The notes beneath the pieces were generated by a model. The model saw nothing but the letters and a program-made list of their open reading frames with translations. It had not been told where the DNA came from and made no database searches. 64,000 nt of DNA from Roseibacillus sp. (GTDB lineage Bacteria; Verrucomicrobiota; Verrucomicrobiia; Verrucomicrobiales; Akkermansiaceae). The DNA is taken from the NCBI GenBank assembly GCA_051251855.1, contig JBPOGI010000001.1:1056001-1120000 (forward strand). The letters run 5' to 3'. Shown one piece after another: positions 20,845-31,400 of this stretch. Numbering within the stretch: the stretch's first letter is position 1; every line of letters begins with the position of its first letter. The translations under genes were made by a program, and so were the position numbers.

Positions 20845-20957
20845 ATTTTCGGTGGGGCGGGAAGATTGTCTGAAAAACGCTATATGGCAAGATGTTTTTG
20901 GCGGGGCAGAGCAAAAAATTGTCATGATATCGACTTCGACGGTCTTCGTTATTGTAT

Positions 20958-20990
20958 AAAACAAGAGAGGGCACCCTGTGGGTGCCCTCT
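20958..20990 (-). terminator. strong hairpin terminator after the BlaI-histone gene
   Basis: Perfect 11-bp inverted repeat AGAGGGCACCC-tgt-GGGTGCCCTCT with T-rich flanks on both strands. Confidence 0.8.
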
Positions 20991-21066
20991 TTTGAGTAAT
21001 TAAAGAAGTTGGAACTCCCTAAAACACACGCTTTGCAGAAGTCGCTCTGCGCGTATTAGGAGAGGT

Positions 21067-21816
21067 CTAACGCTTCTTGCGACGGACGATTTTCTTCTTC
21101 GCCACTTTCTTGGTAGCCTTTTTAGCCTTCTTTTTAGAAGCCTTCTTGGCAGTCTTTTTCTTAGCAACCTTCTTCTTCGCTACTTTCTTTTTGGCGACCT
21201 TCTTCTTGGAAGCCTTTTTCGCTACTTTCTTCTTGGCCGCTTTCTTAGCTACTTTTTTCTTCGCTACCTTCTTCTTGGCCGCCTTTTTCACTGCTTTTTT
21301 AGCAGCTTTTTTGGCGACCTTCTTTTTACCAGCCTTTTTCGCTGCTTTCTTAGCTACCTTCTTGACTGCTCTTTTAGCAGCCTTCTTGGCAACTTTCTTC
21401 CGCGCGGGGGCGGCCTTTTTCTTTGCTGTTTTCTTTTTCGCCATAGCTTTATGTGCTGTGAGTTCGCGCCCGAGGGCGGCTTTCTCTTCCGGGGTGAGAG
21501 GTCCGGTCGAGAGAATGGAACGGGCAGCGTCACCGACACTTCCCGCAAAAGCGTGATTTACCAATTCGCGCATCAGGGGAGCCATCACTGATGATTGGTC
21601 TTTTGTCGCAGAGTAAGTATTAGCCCTGCCGCTTCGAGCTGACTTCACCAGCTTCTTTTTTTCAAGACTCTGTAACACCGACAGAATGGTGGTGTAGGCT
21701 CGGTCTTTGCCATCAGGAAACATCTCGATGATCTCACTAACGGTAGAAGGACCCTGACTCCAGAGAACGGAGAGGGCCTGAACTTCTAGGTCAGATGGAG
21801 CTATCGACTGATTCAT
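21067..21816 (-). CDS. BlaI/MecI/CopY-family regulator fused to a histone-H1-like Lys/Ala-rich tail
   Basis: N-half SDLE...LSVLW..GPSTV.EI...AYTTILSVL..LEKKKLV (BlaI winged helix); C-half 125 aa of KKAAK/KKVAK repeats. Confidence 0.85.
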   Translation of the reverse strand: MNQSIAPSDLEVQALSVLWSQGPSTVSEIIEMFPDGKDRAYTTILSVLQSLEKKKLVKSARSGRANTYSATKDQSSVMAPLMRELVNHAFAGSVGDAARSILSTGPLTPEEKAALGRELTAHKAMAKKKTAKKKAAPARKKVAKKAAKRAVKKVAKKAAKKAGKKKVAKKAAKKAVKKAAKKKVAKKKVAKKAAKKKVAKKASKKKVAKKKVAKKKVAKKKTAKKASKKKAKKATKKVAKKKIVRRKKR

Positions 21817-21960
21817 AATGGGAAGAGACTATTTAGTAAATCCTAAAAGTAAGGGGAAGTGCAAGGTTAATATGTCTAAAGTAATACTGTTTGGCGTTGC
21901 CAAGTTGTGGTGATAGGAGCCTTACGAGTTCTACGAGAGTCCAAGTAATTGAGAGAGGTT

Positions 21961-22407
21961 CTAGCGTGGAATGTTCAAAGATTGTCCGGTGATAATTACA
22001 TCGCTCGTTAATCCGTTGGCTTGTCGAATCTCGTCTACGCTCACTCCATACTTGCGGCTCAGTCCCCAAAGGGTGTCTCCGCCACCCACAGTGTGACTAC
22101 TTCCTCCGCTCGATGAGGTGGGGGCGCTCGTTACGGGGGGAGTGTAACTTGGAATAGTTGCTGGAGGATTAATGGGGCTTGTTGGGATGGATTGATAGGG
22201 GGCGCTTTGAGCTGGTGCTTGGTAAGGTGCTTGTGCCGCAGGAGCATAACCTCCTTGAGTCGTCACTCCAGGAACAGCGTAAGGATTGTTGGGATCTTGA
22301 TAGGTGCCACCCTGTGCGGCACCGCCTTGTTGAGATACCGGAGCCATACAACTGACAACGAGAAGGGGGACGCTTGCGAAAACAAAAGTTGTAGTAACAA
22401 ATTTCAT
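21961..22407 (-). CDS. LysM-domain lipoprotein
   Basis: Lipobox-like LVVSC, Pro/Gln/Tyr-rich linker, C-terminal HTV..GDTLWGLSRKYGVSV.EI...NGL LysM; ATG at 22407. Confidence 0.9.
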   Translation of the reverse strand: MKFVTTTFVFASVPLLVVSCMAPVSQQGGAAQGGTYQDPNNPYAVPGVTTQGGYAPAAQAPYQAPAQSAPYQSIPTSPINPPATIPSYTPPVTSAPTSSSGGSSHTVGGGDTLWGLSRKYGVSVDEIRQANGLTSDVIITGQSLNIPR

Positions 22408-22526
22408 GTGGCGTTCTTTGTACAAAAAACAAGTCGTTAAAGAATCGTAATGTGCGTCTGCAATAAATAAGAGCGTGAAAAAAAATCGGAAGAAATCTTC
22501 ATAACTTAGCGTAAATTCTCAATATC

Positions 22527-23855
22527 ATGGAAACAACTTCTCGACGACGCTTCTTACTTGGGCTAGGTGCTGCGGTTAGTTTGCCATCCTTCGAATCTTC
22601 GCGAAACCTTATGGCTGCGAACTCTAACGTTCGTCCCTTGGCAACTACTGCAAGCGGCGCGCCTCTGCGGATGGCTTATCTTTACGTCCCCAACGGAGTG
22701 AATGTTGGGAAGTGGAAATCAGGGGAAACTCTCTCTCCCCTAAAAAATCTCCGCGAAAATTTTTCAGTCATCAATGGCCTCGAATGCGAAAAGGCGACCT
22801 CCGGAGGCGACGGCGGAGGAGACCATGCACGTGGCAACGCTGCGTTTCTAACAGGTGTGCGTCCCAAAAAAACAGCTGGAGCCGACATCGCTTTGGGTCA
22901 ATCTATCGACCAATTCGCGGCAGAACGTTTGGGTGGAACGACTCGATTTCGTTCGCTTGAGTTGGCAACCGATGGAGTCAGGAAATCAGGTGCTTGTGAT
23001 TCAGGTTATTCATGCGCCTATCAGTTCAACCTCTCTTGGCGTTCAGAAACGTTACCGATGACTCCTGAGTCTAATCCTCGTCTTCTCTTTGAACGCCTTT
23101 TTGGAAAAGGCTCGGGCAAAGAACGTGAGGAAGGACGTGCTCGCCGTTTGGCAAGTGAACGGTCGATTCTTGATTTCGTAACTGAGGATGCCAAAGCCTT
23201 GCAAAAGGAACTCGGACGGGGTGACCAAATGAAGCTCGATGAATATCTTACTAGTGTTCGTGAGATCGAGCGGCGCATTGAGCAGTCGGAAAAGTGGTCT
23301 TTGCCCAACATCGAGGGAGTGGATGTTCCAAACGGGATTCCACCCAGCTATAAGGAGCATTTGAGGTTGATGTTTGATATGATGCTTCTCGCTTTCGAGA
23401 CAGATTCAACTCGCGTCGCGACCTTTGCTCTCGCGCATGAAGGCAGTAACCGTAACTTTAATCACATTGGAGTCCCAGAAGGACATCATTCGCTATCTCA
23501 TCATGATCGCCAGAAAGAGAAGCTGGCGAAGATTGCCAAGATTGACCTCTTTTACGCCGAGCAGCTTGCTTACTTTTTAGAGAAGGCCAAGACGAAGAAG
23601 GATTTTGATGGGAAATCAATTTTAGACAATTCGATGTTCCTTTATGGCAGCGCGATTGAGGATGGAAATCGCCACGCTCATAACAACTTACCCATTGTCT
23701 TGGCCGGGGGAGGGGGAGGTGTTCTCGCACCGGGTAAAGACATCACTCTTCCAAGTGATACCCCGATTACCAATCTTTACCTGCGAATGCTGCAAGAAAT
23801 GGGGGTGTCCGCAGAGCGTTTTGGAGACTCAACGGGAACATTGAAGCTCACTTAG
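22527..23855 (+). CDS. DUF1552 (HXXSHH) family Tat-exported protein
   Basis: SRRRFL Tat motif, YVPNG, CDSGYSCAY, NPR.LFERLF, HHSLSHH, GNRHAH.NLP. Confidence 0.9.
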   Translation: METTSRRRFLLGLGAAVSLPSFESSRNLMAANSNVRPLATTASGAPLRMAYLYVPNGVNVGKWKSGETLSPLKNLRENFSVINGLECEKATSGGDGGGDHARGNAAFLTGVRPKKTAGADIALGQSIDQFAAERLGGTTRFRSLELATDGVRKSGACDSGYSCAYQFNLSWRSETLPMTPESNPRLLFERLFGKGSGKEREEGRARRLASERSILDFVTEDAKALQKELGRGDQMKLDEYLTSVREIERRIEQSEKWSLPNIEGVDVPNGIPPSYKEHLRLMFDMMLLAFETDSTRVATFALAHEGSNRNFNHIGVPEGHHSLSHHDRQKEKLAKIAKIDLFYAEQLAYFLEKAKTKKDFDGKSILDNSMFLYGSAIEDGNRHAHNNLPIVLAGGGGGVLAPGKDITLPSDTPITNLYLRMLQEMGVSAERFGDSTGTLKLT

Positions 23856-23890
23856 CAACTCACACCAGACTTGTTCTTTTACTCAAAAGA

Positions 23891-24886
23891 GTGTCGCTAG
23901 GGGCGGTGATATCTTTCGCAACAGTTCTTGAGGCCGTTCTACCTGTCTATCTCCTGACAGGAGCAGGAGTCGTTTTGAGGCGCTTTAAAGTCCTCACCCC
24001 TGATCTGGATAAGGGGATGCTGAAGCTTGTGATACACGTGCTCTATCCTTGTCTCATTCTCGACAAGGTCTTGGGCAACGATTTACTCCGGTCTCCTTCG
24101 GTGGTTGGTTGGGGGATTGGATTAGGTTTCGGCCTCATTATGTTGGGGTATGGTGTTGCCTGGCTGGTCAGCAGAATGTTGGGGATGAAAAAAGGGTCGG
24201 GAAGTCGAAGCTTCACCCTCGCTGGCGGCTTGCAAAACTTTGGCTACGCCGCCATTCCAGTATTACTGGCTTTGTTCGCGACTGAATTCACCGGTGATAA
24301 AGTGCTCGGGGTTCTCTTTGTACACAATCTTGGGGTGGAGATTGCGATTTGGGTGGTTGGAGTGATGATTCTTACGGGCCAATTCTTGAAGTCGGCAAAG
24401 GTTCTTTTGAATGGACCATTGATTGCGATTTTCTTGGGCTTGGTGGGTGTCTATACTGGGGCTGGAAGGTTCTTTGATCACGAAGAGGGTCCATTGATCG
24501 GCTCTATCCTTCGCACGGGAATGAGTTGGATGGGTGGTTGTGCCTTCCCAATGGCTCTCCTTTTGATCGGAGCAACGATTGGCGACCTCTTTGGAAAAGA
24601 ACGGATTGATTGGAAGGTAGCGACGGGCGCGGTTCTGGTTCGCAATGTCTTGATGGCCTTTTTGATTCTTTGCGCTGCAAAATACTTACCGCTGATTACC
24701 GAGCTCAAGCAGGTGCTCGTGGTGCAGGCGAGTATGCCGGCGGCAGTGACTCCAATCATTCTCGCTCGCGTCTATGGAGGAAAGCCGCAAGTGGTCATGC
24801 AAGTGGTCATGGCGACGAGTATTGTATCCTTGTTCACGATGCCCTTCGTTGTGGCGTGGGGTGTCTCGTGGGTCGGATTACTCTAA
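23891..24886 (+). CDS. AEC (auxin efflux carrier/malonate permease) family transporter
   Basis: About 10 TM; PCLI, N.GYAAIP, P.ALLLIG, ASMPAA motifs; GTG start. Confidence 0.85.
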   Translation: MSLGAVISFATVLEAVLPVYLLTGAGVVLRRFKVLTPDLDKGMLKLVIHVLYPCLILDKVLGNDLLRSPSVVGWGIGLGFGLIMLGYGVAWLVSRMLGMKKGSGSRSFTLAGGLQNFGYAAIPVLLALFATEFTGDKVLGVLFVHNLGVEIAIWVVGVMILTGQFLKSAKVLLNGPLIAIFLGLVGVYTGAGRFFDHEEGPLIGSILRTGMSWMGGCAFPMALLLIGATIGDLFGKERIDWKVATGAVLVRNVLMAFLILCAAKYLPLITELKQVLVVQASMPAAVTPIILARVYGGKPQVVMQVVMATSIVSLFTMPFVVAWGVSWVGLL

Positions 24887-27800
24887 CTCGATACGGAAGC
24901 GGAAGAACTGTTTTGATTCTGCTGGGAGAGGGATTTCCAAACGATAGACATCGTTCCCGACATCGTTGGCTTCGGAACCGGATACTCTTTGAAATGAAAG
25001 AGCTAAGTCAGATTGGGTGAGAAGAGCGAAGCGAATGTCCTCACTATAAAGAGAGGGAAACTCAGTCTCCAGTTGCAGGTTGCCGTTCGAGAGCTTCGAG
25101 ATCACGATACAAGGAGGAGTGAGAGCAATAGCTGGGCCGGTTGGTGAGCTCCCATTGAGCGTTGGGTTGGTGTCTTCGAGGAGTTCTTGCAGATTGGAGT
25201 AACCATCACCATCGGCATCGTCAAAGGGGTCGGTTGGTTGCCCAAAGAAAAAGAGCTCCCACTCGTCATCAAGTGCATTAAAATTGCTATCAACAAACGA
25301 TGGTCGCGGAACGACAACAAGCTCGGCGGAAATGACATCAAGAGAATTACCCAGTTTTGCGGGAAGATGGTCACGATCAGTAAAGGCGTGGACTTCTAAC
25401 TCGGCACCCACGGGAAGAGGCTCTTGAAAGAGGTAGGGAGTGCCATCACTGCGGAAGAGTTCGTAGGGAGTGCCACCTGCGGTGAAGAGCAGAGGAATCT
25501 TCCCTTCCTGGAAGGAGTCCGGACCAACTGCAAGAGTGAGAGTCGTGGTGGGCCGAGCAGGGAAGGCAGCCATAAGTTGTACCAGAAGAGCGTCAGCTGC
25601 AGCAAACTCAGCTGCAGATAAAGTGATATCTTGTGCGTAGCCGACTCCATTCTCTGAACCTGGCAATGCAATCTGTCCGTCGATGGAGCTACTCGTTGCT
25701 TCTAGTTGAGCAATGACTCCTCGCAAAGTGTCGAAAGGGTTTGGATAAAGGCCCGGGGTCGAGTTGGGATCGACGAAGTCAGAGTAGAAGGCGATCTCCG
25801 AGGAGAGTTTTTTCATTGCTGTCACCTCTGGAGTTGCCGAGAGGATGAGGCCTTTGAGAATTCCAGCATACACGTCTTGCAGAAGATGCCCTGAGTCGGA
25901 GGGCGAAATCCAATCTTGCAGAGCTAAGAGCTCGTCTTTTCCAACTGAAAAGGGATGTCCTGCGGTTGCCTCGGCCAAGGGCGTAGGAATCTCGGCATCA
26001 CGAAAGGCGGTCAAACTCAGTTGGCTATTGAGGGGCAAAGTTTGACGGTCTTGCAGATACTCTTGTATGAGTCTTTCGAAGAGAAGAAAGGCGAGGCTAT
26101 CGTCGGGGGTGAGGCTTTCATCAATAGTTGACCGAGTAAGCGAGAGGTAGTGATTCTGCGCTGCGGAGAGCCAATCGGCAGCAGCGGTGGCTGTTGAGCT
26201 CACGCCGTCGTATGTGAAGTCAAACTCTCCCACTGTTTGATGAGGAACAGGAATGAGCGCAACGAGTTCGCGCCCATGGTCCGAAGTGACCACAGGCTGA
26301 ATGGGAAAGGTAGGACTCGTTGAAACGATGACGAACAAGTCGCGATCACTTGCAGGGACTTTTTCGAAAAGAGCGGTGGGATGAAGGTAGCCTGAGATGT
26401 TGCGAGTGACCTCATGGCCAAGAAGTGTTCCATCGAGCGCATGTAGATAGAGGTCAGCGGGGGATTCGGAAGCTCCATCCGGATAGGCGAGCCCAGGAGT
26501 GTTGAGGGCAGTCGGTGCAAAGGGTGTGACGGCGAGATCGAAGACGTTTTGAAGGTTGAGAGAGAGCGGGGTAGTAGGGGTGCTATTGATGTCGGCAGGG
26601 TCGGTTCCGAGGAGAAGTTCATATAAGTCATCGACGGCATCGAGGTCTGCGTCTTTGCCTGCGGTGGGGTCGAGTCCGTTGGCAATCTCAACAAAATCAG
26701 GAACACCATCGCCATCTGAGTCGAGGTTGCCGGGCTCCCCGTAGTATGAGTAGCTCGCTTGGTAGATCGGGGAGCGCCCGCCGCTCGCACTGGTGGCATA
26801 GTATTGCAGAGTGAATGGCGAGAGGGTGTCTCCCACTGCCTCAATGGCGGCACCCGGAGTGGCGCTTTGCCAATCACTATCACCTGCAAAGCGATAGAAG
26901 ACTGAGGTGCTTCCGTCTACGGTGCTGAGGACGGGCGAAACTTCAGTGGTGAACTTTCCAGGCAGTGGAGAGACCGATACTTGGGGGGGGAGCTGTCCGA
27001 CGAAAGTTTGCAAGCTCAAGAGAGAGACGGCGCCTTCGCTTTGATTACCGAGGACATGTGTCGGGCTGGTATCAGGACTGAGGGTGAGGGCACTGCCTGC
27101 GCTTAGACCTCCAGTCTCGGAAGTGAATGTTTCCGGAGTAACCATAACGTTGCCCCCAGATGTGATGCTGAGAGAGCTCGTCCAGTCTGGGACCTGAATG
27201 GTTTCAATCAGTTTAGCCCCTGGGTCGATGAGAGGTTCGCCGTCGTAGAGAAGGATATTGGTGAGAGCAACTTGGCTACCCACTGCTGGCAAGGGAGTGC
27301 TGCCAGTTTGCTTCCATTCATTACCATTGTGCTCGTAGTCCAAAGCAAGGTTAGCGGCATCACCGAAAGGTCCCGCAAGAAGTGACATCTTGTTGTCATT
27401 CAGTGCCACGAGACCAGTGAATCGCGAGTCCAAAGGTGCGACAAATCCTTGCCCAGCGATTGGAGCTCCGCCTGTCGTTAAAGTGTAGAGACGAGCATAT
27501 TCGAAACCATCATAGATAACGAGAAAGGAGCCTGAACCGAGTGGTGAGATGCTTGCGATGGGCGCTTCTAAAGTGTGAGAGACTTTGGCGAGGAGGCTGA
27601 GGCCATTGCTACGGCTCACTTGGAGAACAGGACTACCCTTCACATAGATAAGGACGTGTTGCAAAGGTGAACCGCTAAAGGAGCCTGCAAGAAACTCCGC
27701 GTTTTGAGGAACGTAGATGGTTTGTTTGTTCGAGAGGACGGTGTTGCTATTGTATACCCGAAGACGGGGGGAGGACCCTCTCAGCATGGCAGCGTAGAAC

Positions 27801-28396
27801 TGAGAGCCTCCTTCGGTATAGCGATAGCGCGTTCCTCTTTCAGCAACGAACACCGGATCGGCAGTGAGGACTTCGGAGGTGTCGCCAGAGAGGGATCGGA
27901 AGAGATGGCGTTGGTCTTCGTCGGGGGCATTGTTCTCACTGGTATGAACGACTAAGTCCATCAAAGCAGGGTCATTGCCTGCTACGGGGAGCTCTAACGC
28001 AGCTACTGAGCTGGGTGCAATGCCGCTGGGAAGGATTTGTTCCGTCGTGCTTGTCGCGGCAGAGAGAGAGGGTTCGACGAGGACCATCTGATTCGCGAGG
28101 CGACCAGCCAAGACGACAGCGTCTTTTCCTGCGACACGAATCGGCCCACAGGTCATGGCATCGACCGATGGGAGGCCACTAGGGCGGGTCTGACTCCATT
28201 GCACGCTGCCGTCAGGTTGCTGAAATGCGACACGATAAAGTCCGTTAGCTCGCTGGACGAAAATAGCATCGAGGTCACCATCGGCATCGAAGTCGCCATA
28301 GCCGGAGATTTCGGCAGGAGTAACGATCACTTGTCGCGAGTTGACAGCGTGAAGAATTCCGCAAGTCGCAAAGAGGAAGAGAAAAGGAGAGCGCAT
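24878..28396 (-). CDS. large secreted protein (FG-GAP-like N-terminus, FN3-associated domain, DxDxDG Ca-binding repeats, conserved C-terminal domain)
   Basis: Signal peptide; GDFDADGDLD; VSVSPLPG.F; DSDGDGVPD, DADGDGYSN; ends KQFFRFRIELE. Confidence 0.75.
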   Translation of the reverse strand: MRSPFLFLFATCGILHAVNSRQVIVTPAEISGYGDFDADGDLDAIFVQRANGLYRVAFQQPDGSVQWSQTRPSGLPSVDAMTCGPIRVAGKDAVVLAGRLANQMVLVEPSLSAATSTTEQILPSGIAPSSVAALELPVAGNDPALMDLVVHTSENNAPDEDQRHLFRSLSGDTSEVLTADPVFVAERGTRYRYTEGGSQFYAAMLRGSSPRLRVYNSNTVLSNKQTIYVPQNAEFLAGSFSGSPLQHVLIYVKGSPVLQVSRSNGLSLLAKVSHTLEAPIASISPLGSGSFLVIYDGFEYARLYTLTTGGAPIAGQGFVAPLDSRFTGLVALNDNKMSLLAGPFGDAANLALDYEHNGNEWKQTGSTPLPAVGSQVALTNILLYDGEPLIDPGAKLIETIQVPDWTSSLSITSGGNVMVTPETFTSETGGLSAGSALTLSPDTSPTHVLGNQSEGAVSLLSLQTFVGQLPPQVSVSPLPGKFTTEVSPVLSTVDGSTSVFYRFAGDSDWQSATPGAAIEAVGDTLSPFTLQYYATSASGGRSPIYQASYSYYGEPGNLDSDGDGVPDFVEIANGLDPTAGKDADLDAVDDLYELLLGTDPADINSTPTTPLSLNLQNVFDLAVTPFAPTALNTPGLAYPDGASESPADLYLHALDGTLLGHEVTRNISGYLHPTALFEKVPASDRDLFVIVSTSPTFPIQPVVTSDHGRELVALIPVPHQTVGEFDFTYDGVSSTATAAADWLSAAQNHYLSLTRSTIDESLTPDDSLAFLLFERLIQEYLQDRQTLPLNSQLSLTAFRDAEIPTPLAEATAGHPFSVGKDELLALQDWISPSDSGHLLQDVYAGILKGLILSATPEVTAMKKLSSEIAFYSDFVDPNSTPGLYPNPFDTLRGVIAQLEATSSSIDGQIALPGSENGVGYAQDITLSAAEFAAADALLVQLMAAFPARPTTTLTLAVGPDSFQEGKIPLLFTAGGTPYELFRSDGTPYLFQEPLPVGAELEVHAFTDRDHLPAKLGNSLDVISAELVVVPRPSFVDSNFNALDDEWELFFFGQPTDPFDDADGDGYSNLQELLEDTNPTLNGSSPTGPAIALTPPCIVISKLSNGNLQLETEFPSLYSEDIRFALLTQSDLALSFQRVSGSEANDVGNDVYRLEIPLPAESKQFFRFRIELE

Positions 28397-28417
28397 GATA
28401 TCGGAGTAGGGCTTGAG

Positions 28418-31400
28418 CTAATTTTGATAAAAAGGAATCGTGAGAGGGTTGGTCGGAATGGTGCGATCGACCTCACCATCCTCTCGAAAGCGAACGAGGA
28501 GATAAACATAGGTGTAGCCCTCGACCACGCCTTGAGAATCGATGAGATAGATCCCGAACTCTTTGGGTGACTCTGGGTCTTTGACGATGGTGATGAGAGG
28601 GTCTTGAATCTCGAGATAATCCTTTCCACTCTCGTTCACCTCATGGGTGCGGAGCTTTTCTAAAAGAGGAGCCACCTGCGCTACATCCCCAGAGACGAGA
28701 GGGAAAAAGGCATTGGGAACCTGATAACGATAGAGAGTGAAGGGGAGGAGAGACTCTCCTTCCTCGGTTGTGAATATATTATAACTGTAACCTGGGGAGT
28801 CTAAGATCCGGGAGGGGATGTGATTAATCCCGCCATCAGAGAGGATGCGACCTGACTCCACTTCACTTTCTTCCTCATAGTCGACGGAACCAATCTTAAT
28901 CATCGCCGCAGGATCGGTAAAGTTACCGACGTCAATCATCTGGGCCTTCACTTCGGGGATGAAGTCTTCGTCAATAGGAGGGAGCGAACGCGCAGGCCAG
29001 GGGACTTGGGGGCCTGTGGGTGGTCCAGACTCGGTCCAAGTAAAATTGACGATATTACTGGGTTCTCCGACGTCCCCCGCTGGGGACATGGACTTAACGT
29101 AGAACTGATATTCGCGACCTGGAAGAAGGTCGACGGTTAACTCGTATTGGCCAGGGAGGGCAGGATTCCCAAAGTTGCCTCCAACACGACCTGTTTTGAA
29201 ATCGTGATGCTGCACGCCATTGATGAGCTCTCCAGTTTGTCTTTCAACAGTCACCAAAGCTCCTCCATTAAACGGATTGATGTAGCTGAACGAAATGATA
29301 CGCGGGGCAAGTTCCGTTGAGTATTCCATCTCGATGGAGGAGAGGCCGTCACCGATACCCACGAGGAAGCGCTCCACCCCATTGGGTTCGCAACTCCACC
29401 GCAAGGTTCCTTGAGGAGAATTGGTGTCTCCGGCATGGTCCACTTGGGCGAGAAGGGGAGTGGGCATCTCGACTCGACTATGCATTCGAATGCAACGCAC
29501 AAGGCTCATGGGCGAAGGATTGCCGTGGCGATCGAAAAGCTGTAAAAAGTAACAGACTACTGAGGCATAGGCAGGGTGGTCATAGTCTGGGACGGTGACT
29601 TCGCTTCCGACAGGATCGACGATGCCTTGCTCAATCATGACTAGCGGCCCAGCGTCAATACGCTCGTAGAGTTTGTATTCTTGAGTTTCGGGAGTCGCGG
29701 TGAAGGTGAATTCAATCGGATTAGGATCTCCGTTGGGTTTGGTTGGATTATGGAAGCCCGACCCGCCACCAGAGACGTCAAAGGCTTCTTCGGTGATGAC
29801 TTCGACTTGGCAGACTTCGAAGCAAACTTGCAAGGCAATAGGAGGATCCATATTTGGGTAGTCGATCCCAGCAATAGAGAAGCGCTCGCAAACTTTTTTT
29901 CCTTGTTTGTTTTTGGCACAGATTTCCACCATCGCCTTAGAGTCTGGCTGGGTCTGTTTATAAGGCACAAAGTGATGGACATTGAGGTCGGTCGCCCCTG
30001 GTTTGAGCGCTCTTTGACCAATGACTTGTTCGCCAATCACGACGCCGTCATTAACGAGGATCAGCTTAACTTGCAGAGAGGCAATGCCGGGGTCGACCGC
30101 ATCAACTTTGAAGATGAGTGGGACACCTCCCTTTCGAGTGCCCGTAAAGAGGTCAAGCAAAGGCGTAAGTTGAGGAGTTGCCACCTCACCCACTTTTTTG
30201 ATTTCAGGACAAAGTTGAGAGGTCAGCACTGTTCCGCCAGCCTGAACAGGGCCTTGCCTATCACGCAGCACGCCCCAACCGGGAGCAGAATGCCCTGACG
30301 GCAGGTCCCCGCACGAGGTCTCCAAAACTGCTTTCACTGAATACCATACCGTGACGCCCGCTTGCGCAGGAAGAGCAGGGGCTCCTGTCCCACCATCGAG
30401 AAACTCATAGTCTTCCACACCACTCACATGCGGGATTTCACCAGAAACGAGATGGCCTGCTTCTATTGTAGAATGATTCACGGCGAGCTTCATCTCTTCG
30501 AGGCTATCCCAACGATAGACGAGGTAATGACTTGGCTCAGGAATTGATGGCGGAGGGGACCATGAGACGGCGAGACGGGTGCTGCCGCTATTAGTCGCAG
30601 TGTTGTAACTGTATTGATTTTCCACATCGACAGCCACAGGCACGAGAGGGGGATGGCGATGACAGAAGGTGACGATTGTTCCATCGGACACCGCTGCAGG
30701 ACGTCCAAGGATATCTAAGGTAGCAACGAAGTAATAGAGCTGCTGCCCATCTTGAAACGCTGGCTTGTTCTCCGCCTGCGCTTGGTTGTCGTCAAGGATG
30801 AAGTAAGGATCTGGGACGGGAGGGTCAGCACCAGGATAAAGCGGAATGGTAGCAGCCTGAGTGAGAGTAAGGAGTTGAGTCGGCAGGACTGGGAGAAGGT
30901 TGACCTGTTGAACAAGGCTAGACTGATTAACGAGATAGTTATTCAGCTGAGAAGGTGTTGGAGGGGTAGTGTTATGGTTGTTTGACTCCGCAAAAGTCTT
31001 TTCCATACGATAGACACCATATCCATAAGTGAGGGGCGTATCGCGTTTCAAGTTGTCGGGAACTCCCCAGCGTAGGGCGACGTTGAGGTGACCTTTAGGT
31101 GAGTCATCAGGAATGACAACGGGTGGCCCCGGCGCCGTGATGGGTGAGGGATTATTGCGGTCCAAAGTAATGCGACCGACGACTTGGGAAAATGCGGTTC
31201 CGGGAGTATTGCTTCCATCGGGTTGAGTGCGAACCTCGAAGGTCGAAACCGCGGAGGCCATGGGCACAAGCGCCCCAGTCCCCATGGCTACCGCGACAGC
31301 GGGTTCGGTCCGCGACAAAAAGTAGAGTCGATTGAAAAGCTCAGGTTCTTGCGCTGTAATTTGGAGGAGAGCCGACAGCTTATTTCCGAGTGAGAGACCT

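Noticed and set aside
21070..21444. Short tandem DNA repeats resembling a CRISPR array or VNTR
   Set aside because: Repeats are codon-degenerate protein repeats with no constant repeat/unique spacer structure; no cas genes in the window.
21077..21556. 159-aa Phe/Ala-rich + strand ORF
   Set aside because: Antisense shadow of the Lys/Ala repeat tail.
21828..21837. ACTA-TT-TAGT palindrome as BlaI autoregulatory operator
   Set aside because: Only 4-bp arms in AT-rich DNA; too weak to call.
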